DNA of 56,664 nucleotides, counting the filler, from Sphacelaria rigidula (lineage: Eukaryota), in NCBI GenBank assembly GCA_964200075.2. It is 3 parts of 3 records of this genome, joined end to end, with 100 filler letters (N's around TTAATTAATTAA, not from the genome) between each part and the next. Parts side by side here need not be neighbours in the genome. Positions count along the whole stretch, not along the records: positions 18,929 to 37,747 come from CAXNAA020000782.1; positions 37,848 to 56,664 come from CAXNAA020000783.1; 1 more part is not named here. The stretch is one strand, 5' to 3'. Shown here piece after piece: positions 35,956-48,572 of this stretch (position 1 is its first letter; the number at the start of each line of letters is the position of its first letter). The notes beneath the pieces are model-generated. The model worked only from the letters and a program-made list of their open reading frames with translations, was not told where the DNA came from and did not search any database. A program made the translations under genes and the position numbers.

Positions 35956-37747
35956 ACCTGTCCGAGGGCGACAAATATGTTCCGTCGAATGACGCGGTAT
36001 ACGGGCTTTCCTGACCACCGCCTCATTCGTCAAACTTGAGCATTTACCGTGTGATGATACAAAAGTGACATTTTCGGTGGTCCTGGAGTGTCTTTTGTTG
36101 GATGAATCAGGCAGAACTTCCGCTTTTGTTGAATGAAGTGGGTGGTGCAAATGCCCCGTTCGAGGGACGGGGAGGGGTGTCGCTTTTTCTCTGCACACGG
36201 TTTGTGTGGGGTTACCGAGAAACGAAAACAAGAGTTGAAACAACAGAGCGATCATGGCCTGAAATACCCGTCATGGATTTCCCGACGCGGCTGCTATCCA
36301 TGCCCCCATGGGGCAACTCAGTGTTGCATGGCCCGGTACCACCCGCACACGAATGGTGCACTGAGGATAAAGATGTACCCTATTGTGCGAGCTTCGACCA
36401 AGAACTCGATGCTCGAACTTCACTCCCAATTTCGTGGAAACGCCAAGGGAGTCGCTTTCGAGGACATGGCGACGATGCAAGAGATGAAACTGTTCACGAT
36501 GTCTCGCTTCTTCAGTCCCTAGATCTTGCCGCCCTTTATGACGTGCCGGACAGGTGTCATTTCGGTGCCGTTGCCGCTGACATCAAGCCCGACCCTCGAA
36601 GTCGAAATTTGTGATTTTTCTCTTACTATTTTAATGATTCATGGAGGGAGCTTTTTAGCATTCGCGCAAAACGATTCGCCCGATCCGTGTTTTTCAGTCC
36701 CGTTGAAGAAATGTGCTCCAGTGCCGCACGGTACCTCGTGCACGAGAATGACTGCTGAGCCTTCTCTTGTTGCTCAAACTTCGGGCTCGTGAGTGCTGAT
36801 ATGGCTGTTAGCGTGAACCTTGACGAACCTGATCCTTTGCATCAGTCACATAACATGACCAGTCCTACTCCATCAGGAGAAAATATCGCGCGACGCATGG
36901 AGTTCATCGTGAATTTTTCCGTAGCCTTCCGCCGTAAAAGAATGGTCGCCATCCTACTCGCTTTTCATTTTCGTTGTCGGGGCCTGGAGTGATGGAAGGC
37001 GTCTGGCCTGTGGGCGGAAAGGAAAGGTGTTCGAAGGGTGTAGGATGACTTGAATGCGTGTGCCTAAGCTTAACTCGTGGATGTTTTCCACCATGCTTTG
37101 CATTGTGCGACAGCTAACGTTTTCTGGTGAGTTTTTCATGCTGCCAATGCCGCAAATGACAGTTTGCAAACCCCGTCGTGGTGTATGAACTGTACCACAG
37201 CACATGACGTGATTTGCGCAGCATTGCTGTTCACGCTGCAGGCGAGATATTACGGAATACCCGAAACCTATCTACAGGTGAATGAGGTTCACGTTGCAGT
37301 CATCATGGTTGTACAGTCATCTGACGTTTCATGCGTCTCCCTCACCGTTTTGTCAAAGGGATCGTTGCACGGTTTGAACAAATCATCTCGTGAGTCAACT
37401 CAGTCATCATCTCGACGAATATATCATGCGGTTCGTACATGGGTTGTAATCTACGCAATCAACCATTCTCTATGACTCGAGGCGTTACGCAATCCACGCA
37501 GTCAACCCTTGTTTCATGACTCGGGGCGTGAATGGCTCGTACATGCACGCCATGTGCGACAAGGTCGACATGAGCGCCGGTATTCATTTCCGACCTTCGG
37601 ATGACTGCGGGACTTGAATGAGTTAACAAGGTTGACTAATCTGCAGTCATGGGGCCTGACCCGCACGTACACTTTTCTCAAACCTGTAATGCGCGCAAGA
37701 TGTCTGCACTGCACAAAATGTTTTATGTTCTCCACCCTCGAATGAAT

Positions 37748-37847
37748 NNNNNNNNNNNNNNNNNNNNNNNNNNNNNNNNNNNNNNNNNNNNTTAATTAAT
37801 TAANNNNNNNNNNNNNNNNNNNNNNNNNNNNNNNNNNNNNNNNNNNN
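37748..37847. other. Artificial scaffold spacer N44-TTAATTAATTAA-N44
   Basis: Identical to 18829-18928. Confidence 0.95.
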
Positions 37848-37922
37848 CATCTAGAATCGTAAGGAGCCCCTGAACCAGACAAAATTTCGCGAAAAAAGTG
37901 CACCCCTACCGTAGCATTGCTC
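37848..37922 (-). mobile_element. One end of the Sola2-like MITE, truncated by the contig edge
   Basis: Reverse complement matches 15367-15441. Confidence 0.75.
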
Positions 37923-40136
37923 CTACTACTACTGTAGAGTCTCGTTCCTCAATGAGCAGAGTTGATTTGTCTGCAACTGTAGAGCTTCGTTCTTCCCTCG
38001 ACACCCCCACATCGAGTGGCGGAGGTGAGTTTTTACTGCTCCTGTAGGGCCTCGTTCCCCCACGAACGAAGTTGATTTTTCTCCTGCTATGGAGCCCCGA
38101 GTGTCCACAGATCCTCAGCGCCATACAAATATGTTTTAAACTGTCCCACATATATTTGGCTTACGACATATCTCCGCCGGAGGCGTTGTTTACTCCCCTC
38201 CCGTGTCTGTGTCCAGCCGGTTTCCCCTACAAGCGTTTTATCTACTTCCCCAGATGTTAGTACTCAGCCCGCGTTTTCGGTAAGCGGTGTACCTTTTGTG
38301 CGGACTGTTTCACGTGTGCAGCTTCTGCAACCACCGACAACGCCGCTCGCCGGCAGGACGGGTGATGAAGCCAGTACCGTCGCCGACCCGCAAGCATACC
38401 CGAAGCCGCTTAATCACGCGATAAACCCGAGCCGCTACCGACGCTTCCGCTACCGTTGACTTTACCGATAACGCCGCCGTCGCCGCCAACACATGATGGG
38501 ATGACATCCTAGCCTCCGCAGCCACTGCCGTTACCACTGACCTCATCTATATCATCGCCGATAACCCTGAGTCCGATGCAACTGCTGCCGACTTTATCGG
38601 TACTGTCGTCGACAACACCGCAGTCGCCACCGACAACCCCAAGACCGATGCAACTGCTGCTGACTTCATTGCTACTGTCGCCGACAACATTGCCGCCACC
38701 GCCCCTTCCTCATACTGTGTCGACTTCATCGATCCCGTCGCCGACATCACCACAGCCATCGCCGACAACCCTGAGTCCGATGCAACTGCTGCCGGCTTCA
38801 TCGCTACCGTCGTCGATGACATCGCCGCCCACGCTGCTACCACCTACCGCGCCGACAACATCGCAGCCGCTGCCGCTCCCTCGATTTCCGCCGACTTCAT
38901 CGTTACGTCGCCGACATCACCGCAGCCGCAGCCGCTACCTTCTACCACGCAACGACAACATCTCAGCCGCTGCCGCTCCTGTTGATGGTGTCATCAATGA
39001 ATTCAAAATGCTAACATATAGCCATAATTATTATATTCGTTGAATATAAGTGGACCTTAGGAATGTTGTGTACACAGATGTAGATGAATAGTCAATACTT
39101 GGTTGATCTGTTTATGTAGACAAGCATATTAATTTACTCCTTGCACTATACGTGAAGGCCGTTCTTGCTGCGAACAATGGACGGAAAGGTGGCGGAAAGA
39201 GCAAAGTCGAATGCTGGGCTTGTGGTGAGTTCGGTCATGTAAGATCTCAGTGTCAGGCATTCTGTACGAATTGCTGAGGAAAACGCCACAGTGCTGAAAA
39301 GTGCCAACCGTCGACAAAAGTGGAAGACAGTGGAGACGGGCAGGAGAGGGGGGATAGCCGCAATCATTTTATTCGTTGAGTATAAGTGGATCTTTGGAAT
39401 GTTTTGTACACAGATGCAAAATGATAGTCAATGCTTGGTTGATTTTTTCTGTAGACAAGCATATTAATTCACTCCTTGCACTATACCCTTTTTTCTACCA
39501 CTGAACAGCTCATGGCCGGGCTTGACCCGCAAGCCATGCCTTGTGCACCATGCCGACATTGAAACTTCACATATAACCTGCGACCTGCGTTACGCTAGTT
39601 GGCAGAATATCTCAACATGCTAGTGCTCATTGGGTGTTCCGCTACTGAGTGTGCAACATGGCCGAGGAGAGGATAACGGATGTGTCGCTGAAAGAGCAAG
39701 TTGGTGAAAACAGCAACCGGCTCAACGATGTTGCCGAGAAGACCGAGCTGCTAACAACACAGTTAGACAAAATCTCTAGGCTTCTCGAGAAACTGACGAC
39801 TGAAAGAGAACAAGAGTCCCGGGCGGCGGCTCATGTTAACAGTGGAGAGATACCGGGAGGGTATCTGGCGCTGAAGCGTGGGTGATGGTGCTGGTGATGG
39901 CGGCAGAAGTGGCGCAGTGGCTGTGACTGGTGACCACTTGTACAGTAGAAGGCAACGTGAAGGTTTGACTTCAGGATGAAGCGCAGACCGCATAAATTAC
40001 CCGATATTCAGCGGTGCTGACGAGGACTACAGCAACTGGGCAAGGGAAATCATACAGCTCATGAGCAGGAACAGGGGGAGCAGATATGCACTACTTAGTA
40101 CGTCTATCATGCGACCACGGCTGGACCCATGGGTGG

Positions 40137-43100
40137 CGTGACGCCAGCCAGTGGAAGCCCTGTTGGATCACTGCTGTTGAGGGGCTCCCCAGTCTTACTG
40201 CCCTCAGTTTCAGTTGTCAGCCTTTACAACATTCTCATTATTCAGGAGTGACCTTCCACGGCACCCATCTAGGCACGCCAGGGTATCAACCTAGTGTCCC
40301 CGGCCAATATCCAGATCATCACTACCAACGGTCATTATCCATATCATCACTACCAACTCAACGTACGGCGTATTTTCGTCACAGCACCCCCAAAGCGCGT
40401 TGGAGCCATGCTACGATAGGGATGCACTTGTTTGGCAAAAATATTTCTCGGGGTGTTGGACGGGTCATCCTGAGAATCGGCGTCATTTTTACTTGAAAAG
40501 GACTAAAAATGATGCCGATTAACGAAAAGGCCCCTGCGTACATCTTCATGTCCGATCCCCGGATATTTGAATTGCAGAGTAAGCCCCATATATTTGGGAT
40601 CCTACAAAAAAGCGACCCAGAAACAAAAAGTGCAACCCCTATCGTAGCGTGGCTCGTTGGACGAAAATTGATCAACAAGCCTGAAACATAGAAAACGCCA
40701 AAACGATGAGTAAGTCACCATTGAATACCAAACTCATTCGTAATGCGAGCAGCAACGGCACGAGTCACGCGCAATTTACGCAACTCCTTCGTAAGAAATT
40801 GCGGAGCGGCCCTCCTAAATATCCTTGAAAGACTCCCACGTACGCTTCTCAACTTCGAAACCAACCCAGTCGACCAACACGATCAACGAACGATCATCTG
40901 CTTCTGCCACTCGGACAATACCAGCCATCTGAAATTGCCCTGATTGAAAGCATGCTGGAACACGTCCTTAACGTCAGCCGTAACATTAAGCTGCGAGTTT
41001 GCATGAAAACGCAGACGAGCTACATACATAGGCGGTCTGATTACGACCCGAAACAATGTTCTGAACCTCAAACACGTGCGGGTGGTGAGCACCAACCACT
41101 CTCCATGGACCAGTCCAAGTCGCCATCAACTTGGGCGTAATCCGGACGACGCGCGTGTGCATACAAGACATAGTCGCCTACCACAAAATTCGGCAATTCC
41201 AGCCCCGACGAGGACCCCTCACGTCTACGCGCACGTTCAGCAGCAAAATGTTCCTGCACTTCAACGTGGAAACGTTTTTGCAAGTCCAAGACTCCTTGCA
41301 ATGCTCTCTTAATTTAAAGATCGTCCAAAACATCACAGTTCCATTCCCCCGCCGACGAAGACGCCAGCACCGAGAAAGACGTCCGAGGAGCACGACCAAA
41401 CATCACGTGGTACGGCGTACTATCGTAACGACGGCGATACGCTGTATTGAGCGCCGATCTCACCGCCGGCAACACGTCCACCCACTCGGAAACCGCTCTA
41501 CGCTGCTCGAAAGGAATAGAGCAAAGAGCACGAACTACTTCCTTAACCATGCGTTCGCACGTACCGTTAGACCATGCAGAATACGCCACCGCAAACTGGT
41601 GATCAACGCGCAAAGCGTCTCGCAATCGGGCCAAGGTCGCATCCTTGAAATGCGCGGCGGTATCACTCACCCACACATGCGGCACCCCCAAAGTTTTGCA
41701 CCAATTCAGCAAAGATGCAGCGGTCGATTCAGCAGTACACACTGCTACTGGTTCCAGAGCCATAAAGTTGCTCAAATCATCCATGATTACCAAAATGTAT
41801 CGGAACCCAGCATCCTCCGACAAACCTTGGGAAGCTAGCCGGCCACTCTCGCCCACGTACAAGAAATCGAAATGAACGACTTTATTCGGCGTGGTCCCAT
41901 GGACCGTTTCGCCGAGCGGGCGGGGAACAACATCGCCCGCCCTCGAGTCAGCACAGTGAAGACACTGGCGGACAAGTTCGCGCACCTGAGTTTCTATCCC
42001 CTGCCAGACAAAAATTCTTGCAAGCGCAAGAGCGTCGCAGCCACACCACGATGCCCGGCGTCGCGCATGTGCGCGCATATAATCAGACGAACCTGCAACT
42101 ATTTGTCAGAATTCGGAACCCACAAAACCTTTCGACCACGCACATGCACACGGAACATACCTCTATTATCCAAGATAGCAGTACCAACGTCCGACTCGAA
42201 AGATTGCACATCCGCATGTTAGGCCCCGAGGTCTTTTCGTTGGGCTTGACGAACAACAGATTTGGACGGCATCGAGTCATCAGGTTCACACGGACTATGC
42301 ACAGCCACAGCGCGCGCAGGCAAAGCCGGAATATTCACCAAACGCGAAAGCAAGTCACCCCACGCGTTACGGTCACCCGAACTATGGCAAATCGAGTAAC
42401 GGTACTGGCCAAGAACAGCTTTCCAACCCTCCAAACGTTGTGCCAATGCTTTCGACACAGACGTAACGCACGCTTGCGGATTGAAAATGTACACGAGATT
42501 TCGGTGATCCCTGAAAATGTGCACTCCGTCCCACAAAAGATGCTCCAAACGACGAAAAGTGCTTACGATAGCAAAGCTTCCTCATTGATTGTGGTCCAAT
42601 GCACCTGCGAACCCTTGAAAGTACCACTGAGGAAAGCCAGCGGTTCATGCGTCATGCCCTCAACTGGCAGGCGTCTTTGTATTTCAGCTTTAGGCACCTG
42701 CGTAACGAAACTACCCGAATGACACTCAGATGCATCCGGAAACATTAGCACCTGACGATTAGGACGAGGATGGAACAGCGTCACGGCATGAGTCACCAGA
42801 TCCTTCGCTGCCGCCCACGCCTGCAACCTGCCCTCCATCCACGATGAGGGCGGAATGGCGCGTTATTTTTGCAACACGCTTCGCCCGCCTCGCAGCACCC
42901 GCCATGAGTTATTCGCAGCACCCGCCATGAGTACAGTTTCTGCCATACACGGCAACGAGGTACGCGGCCAATTCACGGCCTGCAGGACTTGCATGAGTTT
43001 TGCGGCCATCTCTGGGCGCCGCATGTCAGACAAGCCTTGCAATCTGACAGGGTCATGAGATACGCGTCCGTATGAGTACACTTTCCCACACCACACGAGC

Positions 43101-46100
43101 TCACTAGCGAAGAAAGTGCATTTGTGCGCCGACGCAAACAAACCAACATTCTCTGAACGGGCCAAGACAGCATCGAGCGTGTCTAAAAGTTCTTCTTCCG
43201 TATCCGCGAAATAAAACATATCATCCACCCATATCTTGTATTTTAAGCTGACTAGCAGTTCTGTCACGATACCTTGAAAATATGCCGTGGCATTCAACAC
43301 GCCTTGCGGTACTCGCTTCGGGGTAAACAAGCCTAACCGGGTCGTGATTGTGAAAATCTCCTGCACTTCCTCCGCCAACGGCATCTGCCAATAACCTTGG
43401 AGGAGGTCCAACTTGCCAAAAACGAACACTCAAGATATCACGCATGTCCCACTCTTGATTGGGCATCACACCCGACGACTTTTCAACCTGATCATTTACG
43501 GCCTTGTAGTCGCTTATCAGGCGAAACGAGTCTTTCTTGGGAACCGTCATCGCCGGACTGGACCATACCGCCTGCAGGCTCCGGACTACCAACCCAAACG
43601 CCAGAAAAGCCGCCATGCACGACGCCAACCAGCTCGACTTCACCGGATCGTACCGCCGCGGCTTCGCCTTCACCGCGGATGCCCCAGATTTCAGCTGAAC
43701 ATGCATGGGCTCCACGCGCGCAGGGGGATCACCCCGCAGCGCACGACGAAACGCGTTGACGCGGTGATGCAAGATGCCGCGCAGGCGTTCCGCTTTGGGG
43801 ACGCTGAGGCCTTTCGCCACAGCATCCGTCACGCTCTCCTTCAGCGCAACCTTCCGAGCGGACTCGTTCTCCGCCGGGTCCATGAACATATCCGGACCGC
43901 GCTCTACTAAGCGTTTCACCGCCGCATCCCGCTCCTCGGTCGCCTGCCTCCCAGCCTCCTGAAAAGCATCCACCCACAAGCTCACGCGACGACTGCTAAA
44001 AAAAGGCGGGCGTCTCCACGTGCGGACCAGGTAGAGACATCCGCGTCTTGATGGAGTCCTTCAATCGCTCATAAGGGTCGACTCCTAGATCCTGTAGCGT
44101 CGGCAGCCCCAGAAGAACAACGCCATCCGACCCTGGCATAATCGCAAACGAGATCAGAGGCGACAGCGCCAGGCCCCAAGCAGTCTTGAGGGCTAGCTGC
44201 AACGAAACAGTACGCTCCGTGACTGAACGATGCCGACCTGACGCGGTGACTGCCTGCCGCGCCCCGAGCGAAAACGAGGTGCGCAGCGGCACACCCGGGA
44301 GTTGTCGCTCCAGCATCTCAACCATCTGCACCGGCAGATGAGTGAAATGGGCGCCAGAATCCAACACAGACCGAAACACGATGGCTCCACGCTGCCGTTG
44401 ATTCGGATGACGTAACTCCGCCGGAATGTATCTGTCGGCAAGCTCCACGGGAACTTCTTCCGCTGACCTATGCGCCATTAATCACGCTTGACGCTACAGC
44501 TGCGCAAGCTGCGCAGGCGAAGACGCCCCGGCAGGTTCGAACGGCACCGCCGGCGGGTACGCCCCCCAGCCGGCAAACAAAGAATTCGGCGACCCTCCGA
44601 CCAGCGCGTCAACAGGCGTCGCGCCTGGCGCTGCTACCGGTGTCGCCACCGGCGCCACCACCGGCGCTGACGCAGTGTTCGACTCTGTAGAAGTCGGGGC
44701 CACCTGCACCGCACGTTGCGGAGCAGCAGCACCTACGGCGGCGCAAGATCCAGAGCCAGGCCCATGCTGACGCCGCTGCCCCTGCTGCTGCTGGTTCTGC
44801 TGCTGCGGCTGCTGCTGAGGGTTCGCTTGCGACCCTCCATCGCCGGAGATGCGCCGCCGCCACCACGATTACCCCGTCTTTTGCACTTGTGCTGACGATG
44901 CTGATGGCGCGCGGCACTAGACTGCCCAGACTCTCCACCGGAAGATGTTGGGCAATCGCGCGCGTAATGGCCGACCTGGCCACAGCGGTGACAAGTAATA
45001 CTCGCGGCGCGACCAGCCGATTTCGAGCCATGGTTGCGCAAAGATTTCGGCGAAGAGGTGAACGACTGGCCGAACACCTCTATTTTCCGTCACTCCTTGG
45101 CCTCGGCCACGACGGTGCTCATCACCAGGTACGGGTCGCCCTTCCAATCTATTTGGTGCTGCAGCTTGACAAGCACGGCTTGCTTGAAAGTTTCCGGTGC
45201 CAACCCCTCAACCAAAGCCTTGGTGATTACTGCTGCCGGGCCGGGAATGTCCTCACCATCGGGGGAACGATATACTAGTTCTACGTCTGGATTTTCCGTG
45301 AAGTACTTCTCCAAATTGGCCAAGATGGGCTCCATACGCTCCAACATCGTTTTCCCCCGAGAATCCATTGCGACAGCTTTCGCCACGGCCACGGACGCTT
45401 GAGTCAGATCTACCTCGGCGCCCGCCGCATGCTCAGCATGCTTTTTGATCGCCGCAACCGATTGCGGCGAGGTGAGAGGGCTCTCATTATGCTCCAAACG
45501 AGCGAGCACTCTTTGTACGTGAGTTGGCACTTGTTGAGCCATTGTCACCACCTGATGCCGCACGGTACCCCCTGCATATAGCGTGCTCCACACGCTTCTT
45601 GTATTCCAAATACCTCGGGTCAAAAGTACAAGATGCATTCCCTGAGTTCCTGTCCCCGTATTGGGGAGGTCGTAATTCTTCCCTCATGACCACGGGTGTC
45701 ACGGTGGGCGTACCTCGTGAGCCGGTAGCCATAGCTGTAGCTGAATTCGGCTACCTGCGAACCTCTGCAGGCCAGCGGACCTTCGCGAACTGCACTTTCT
45801 TTGTTCCGTCGCCGCACCACACAGTCGTAGGAGCCTCCGAACTCCCGCTGCGCGCAGTTTCAGCAAGTCTCCAGTCTGGATCAATCACAGGCCAGCCGCC
45901 TTTCTGCAGCCGCCTCATCTGGAATCATCTCCACGCGTCCGTGGGTTATCAGGTTTCCACAGCGATCAAACTTCTTCCGCCGAATTCTTTTCCAGCAGAT
46001 GTCTAGCACTAACACTAGGACTAGCGCTAATATCGATATTGTGATGCCAGCCAATGGAAGCACTGTTGGATCACTGCTGTTGAGGGCCTCCCCAGTCTTA

Positions 46101-46286
46101 CTGGCCTCAGTTTCAGTTGTCAGCCTTTACAACATTCTCATTATTCAGGCGTGACCTTCCACGGTACCCATCTAGACACGCCAGTGTACCAACCTATTGT
46201 CCCCGGTCATTATCCAGATCATCACTACCAACGGTCATTATCCATATCATCACTACCAACTCAACATACGGCGTATTTTCGTCCCA
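40137..46286 (-). mobile_element. Ty3/Gypsy LTR retrotransposon with chromodomain, full length but frameshifted
   Basis: 247-bp LTRs 40137-40383 and 46040-46286 (consensus TGTGACG...CGTCACA), TSD GTGG. Order gag (CHRCGQVGHYARDC), protease (VLDSGA), RT (LDLLQGYWQ, PQG, WVDD), RNase H (FPDAS, DHRNL), integrase (VHFDF, NGTCER), chromodomain (LVDWVGFE..RTWE, ~40815-40940). Confidence 0.93.
40403..40655. mobile_element. Sola2-like MITE inserted in the Gypsy 3' region, TSD GTTG
   Basis: GTTG|GAGCCATGCTACGATAGGGATGCAC ... GTGCAACCCCTATCGTAGCGTGGCTC|GTTG. Confidence 0.85.
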
Positions 46287-48477
46287 GTGGTCAGTTAAAG
46301 TACGACAATCAATCAATCAGTCAATCAATTAATCAAGAGATGATGATATCACAGTCGAGCCGCTCGACATGCCGGATCTCACTGGAAGATTATTAGCATG
46401 GTCGAGATCAATCATGCTCAGGTAGTGTTCGCGGTTCTGTTCTGCAACGTCGCGACACACGCCGTGAATAACGTCATTTTCACAGCAGGTGGACCGATTG
46501 AAGCCTGGAGAAAACTGCGGGAGTGGTTCGAGCCTCAGACTACACAAGCAGTAAACCAACTGATGAAGAAGTACAGCAGCAGATACCTCGGCGCGCGTGA
46601 GGACCCAATCGAGTCATTGCCGACATTTAGGCCGTGCAGCACAAGATTCGGGTACTGTCTCCAAGCCATGCGTCCAGCCAGGAGATTGCGGGGGCAGAAA
46701 AAGTCGAGGCAGAGTCGGGGAGAAGAAAGGGGAGGTTGCCTACCTCAGTACAATGGAAATGGGTGGTTATATCGGTCACCACAACATCTTCGGGATGGAT
46801 CCCACTACTAGCGCCTTAGTGTGGATGGATCCCACTATCAGCACCTCCTCCGTCGCGTTAGCTGTACTATACCGCTATTACAAGTGCGAATCCTTCGACA
46901 TGTGTGGTTGTTGTTTTTAGAAAAGGTGTCGCTAGGAGTATCCCTTTGACGTGATTGCTAGAGTTGGCGCAATGGCACTCAAGCCGAGCAGGCAGACAAG
47001 CTGCTTTGGAGTGTAGACAAAAGATAGTGTTTAAGGTGCCACTTGCGGGCAAGACAGCCCAAACAACCCGCCGTGTTGAACGGTCAACCGAGGAGAGTGG
47101 GAGCAACCCGACTACTGCTACGCTCCATATCAGACCAAACTATCGTGAGCAGTACCAGCGATTGACACGATGACTCCATACAAGTACAATACCATACAAA
47201 GCGCTGACGAGAGTAAGGCCCACAGTCTCATTTTCCAACACTCCGCCTCAACGCAAGTAAACGTCTTACTCCATCACACTCCCCCTCAATGCAAATTCAT
47301 AATGGTTCCAACCACCCAACTCAATACAACCGTCCCGGCACTCAAGGACGAAGTAATAACGGGTCCCACAGCCAGAATGAAGTCAGATGTTGAATGTATG
47401 TGTTGATAAGCTTGACGAGATGGCAGTGCCTGTGCCTGCTGAGGTACTTGGTTCCTATGTCGGCGAGTTGGTCTTCAGTCTTAACATAACGAATGTCGAT
47501 CCTTCTCTCCTGACTAATTCCTCAATAAAGAAGTACCGTAGAGCTACGTGCTTGACTCTCGAGCTGTAGGTTCGGTTACCTGCGACGTGGAGAGTTGAAG
47601 TGTTGATGATGTAGACGGGGACGGCGTCGAAGCGTGTGCCAAATCCCATCTTCAGCATCATGTTCGAGCTAAATATGGCCCCCTTCATGGTGAGTGCAGT
47701 GACCACGAGTTCTGCTTCCATGGTCGATTGCGCCGTCAATCCTTGTAATTCTACCTCAAAACTGATGAGGCCATTCGAGCGAAAGAGAAGATACAGCGAT
47801 GTTGATTTCCCGTTGTCAGGGCTGTTGCCCCAGTTCGTCTCTGAAAAAGTCGTCAATTGGAAACCACCCTGGGTGTAGGTGATGTCATGGTCCGTAATGC
47901 CGGCCAAATATCGAAGTATGTGTTTTGCAGCTGCCACATGCGCCTTCGACGGGTTGGACATCGCCCGCGCCAGTTGATTCATGCCGTATCCATTGTCGTA
48001 GTGGGTCACTCGAGCGAGATGCATCACACTGCCTATGATGGCCTGGAAGCGCTGTTTGTCCTCCTCGTTTAGTATTTTGTCCCTCGGCTGGTCCAGTGAC
48101 AGTGCTTGTCCCGCCCCAGGAGTGTACGCCGCGTTGCAGTTCGCTATCTCATATCGTTCCTGGAGAGACGCGTTGTAATTCGTGTGGCTGGTGTTGACAA
48201 TCTTGCGATTACGGTCACGAACAGCCTCCATTCCCAGCACTAACGATATATCTCCCATGCCCGTCATAAAAAAACGTCGCATTAGCTTATTATGCTTGAT
48301 TCTTTCCAGAACCTCGTAGTCAGTCTGTCATCGCTCCAGGTTGTACCCCCCAACTCTCACCGACATCATGCGAATACGCTGAATTCTGCAGATCAGAACA
48401 ACTGCCGCAACCGAAACCGGAGACTTGTTTCCAGCCCAGCACGCCGACTCGAACCTTGTAGCAGCAGCTGCGGTACC

Positions 48478-48572
48478 AGTAGTAGTAGTAGTAGTCGTAG
48501 TTGTTCTTGTTCATGATGATGATAATGATGGTGGAGGTAGTGGTAGTGATGGTGTTGTTGTTGTTGTTGTTG
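48478..48572. repeat. Compound trinucleotide microsatellite (GTA/GAT/GTG/GTT)
   Basis: Runs such as AGTAGTAGTAGTAGTAGT and GTTGTTGTTGTTGTTGTTG inside the inner Copia. Confidence 0.8.

Noticed and set aside
36100-36620. 170-aa ORF downstream of RPS4
   Set aside because: Overlaps the probable 3' UTR; no motif; alternative frames have stops.
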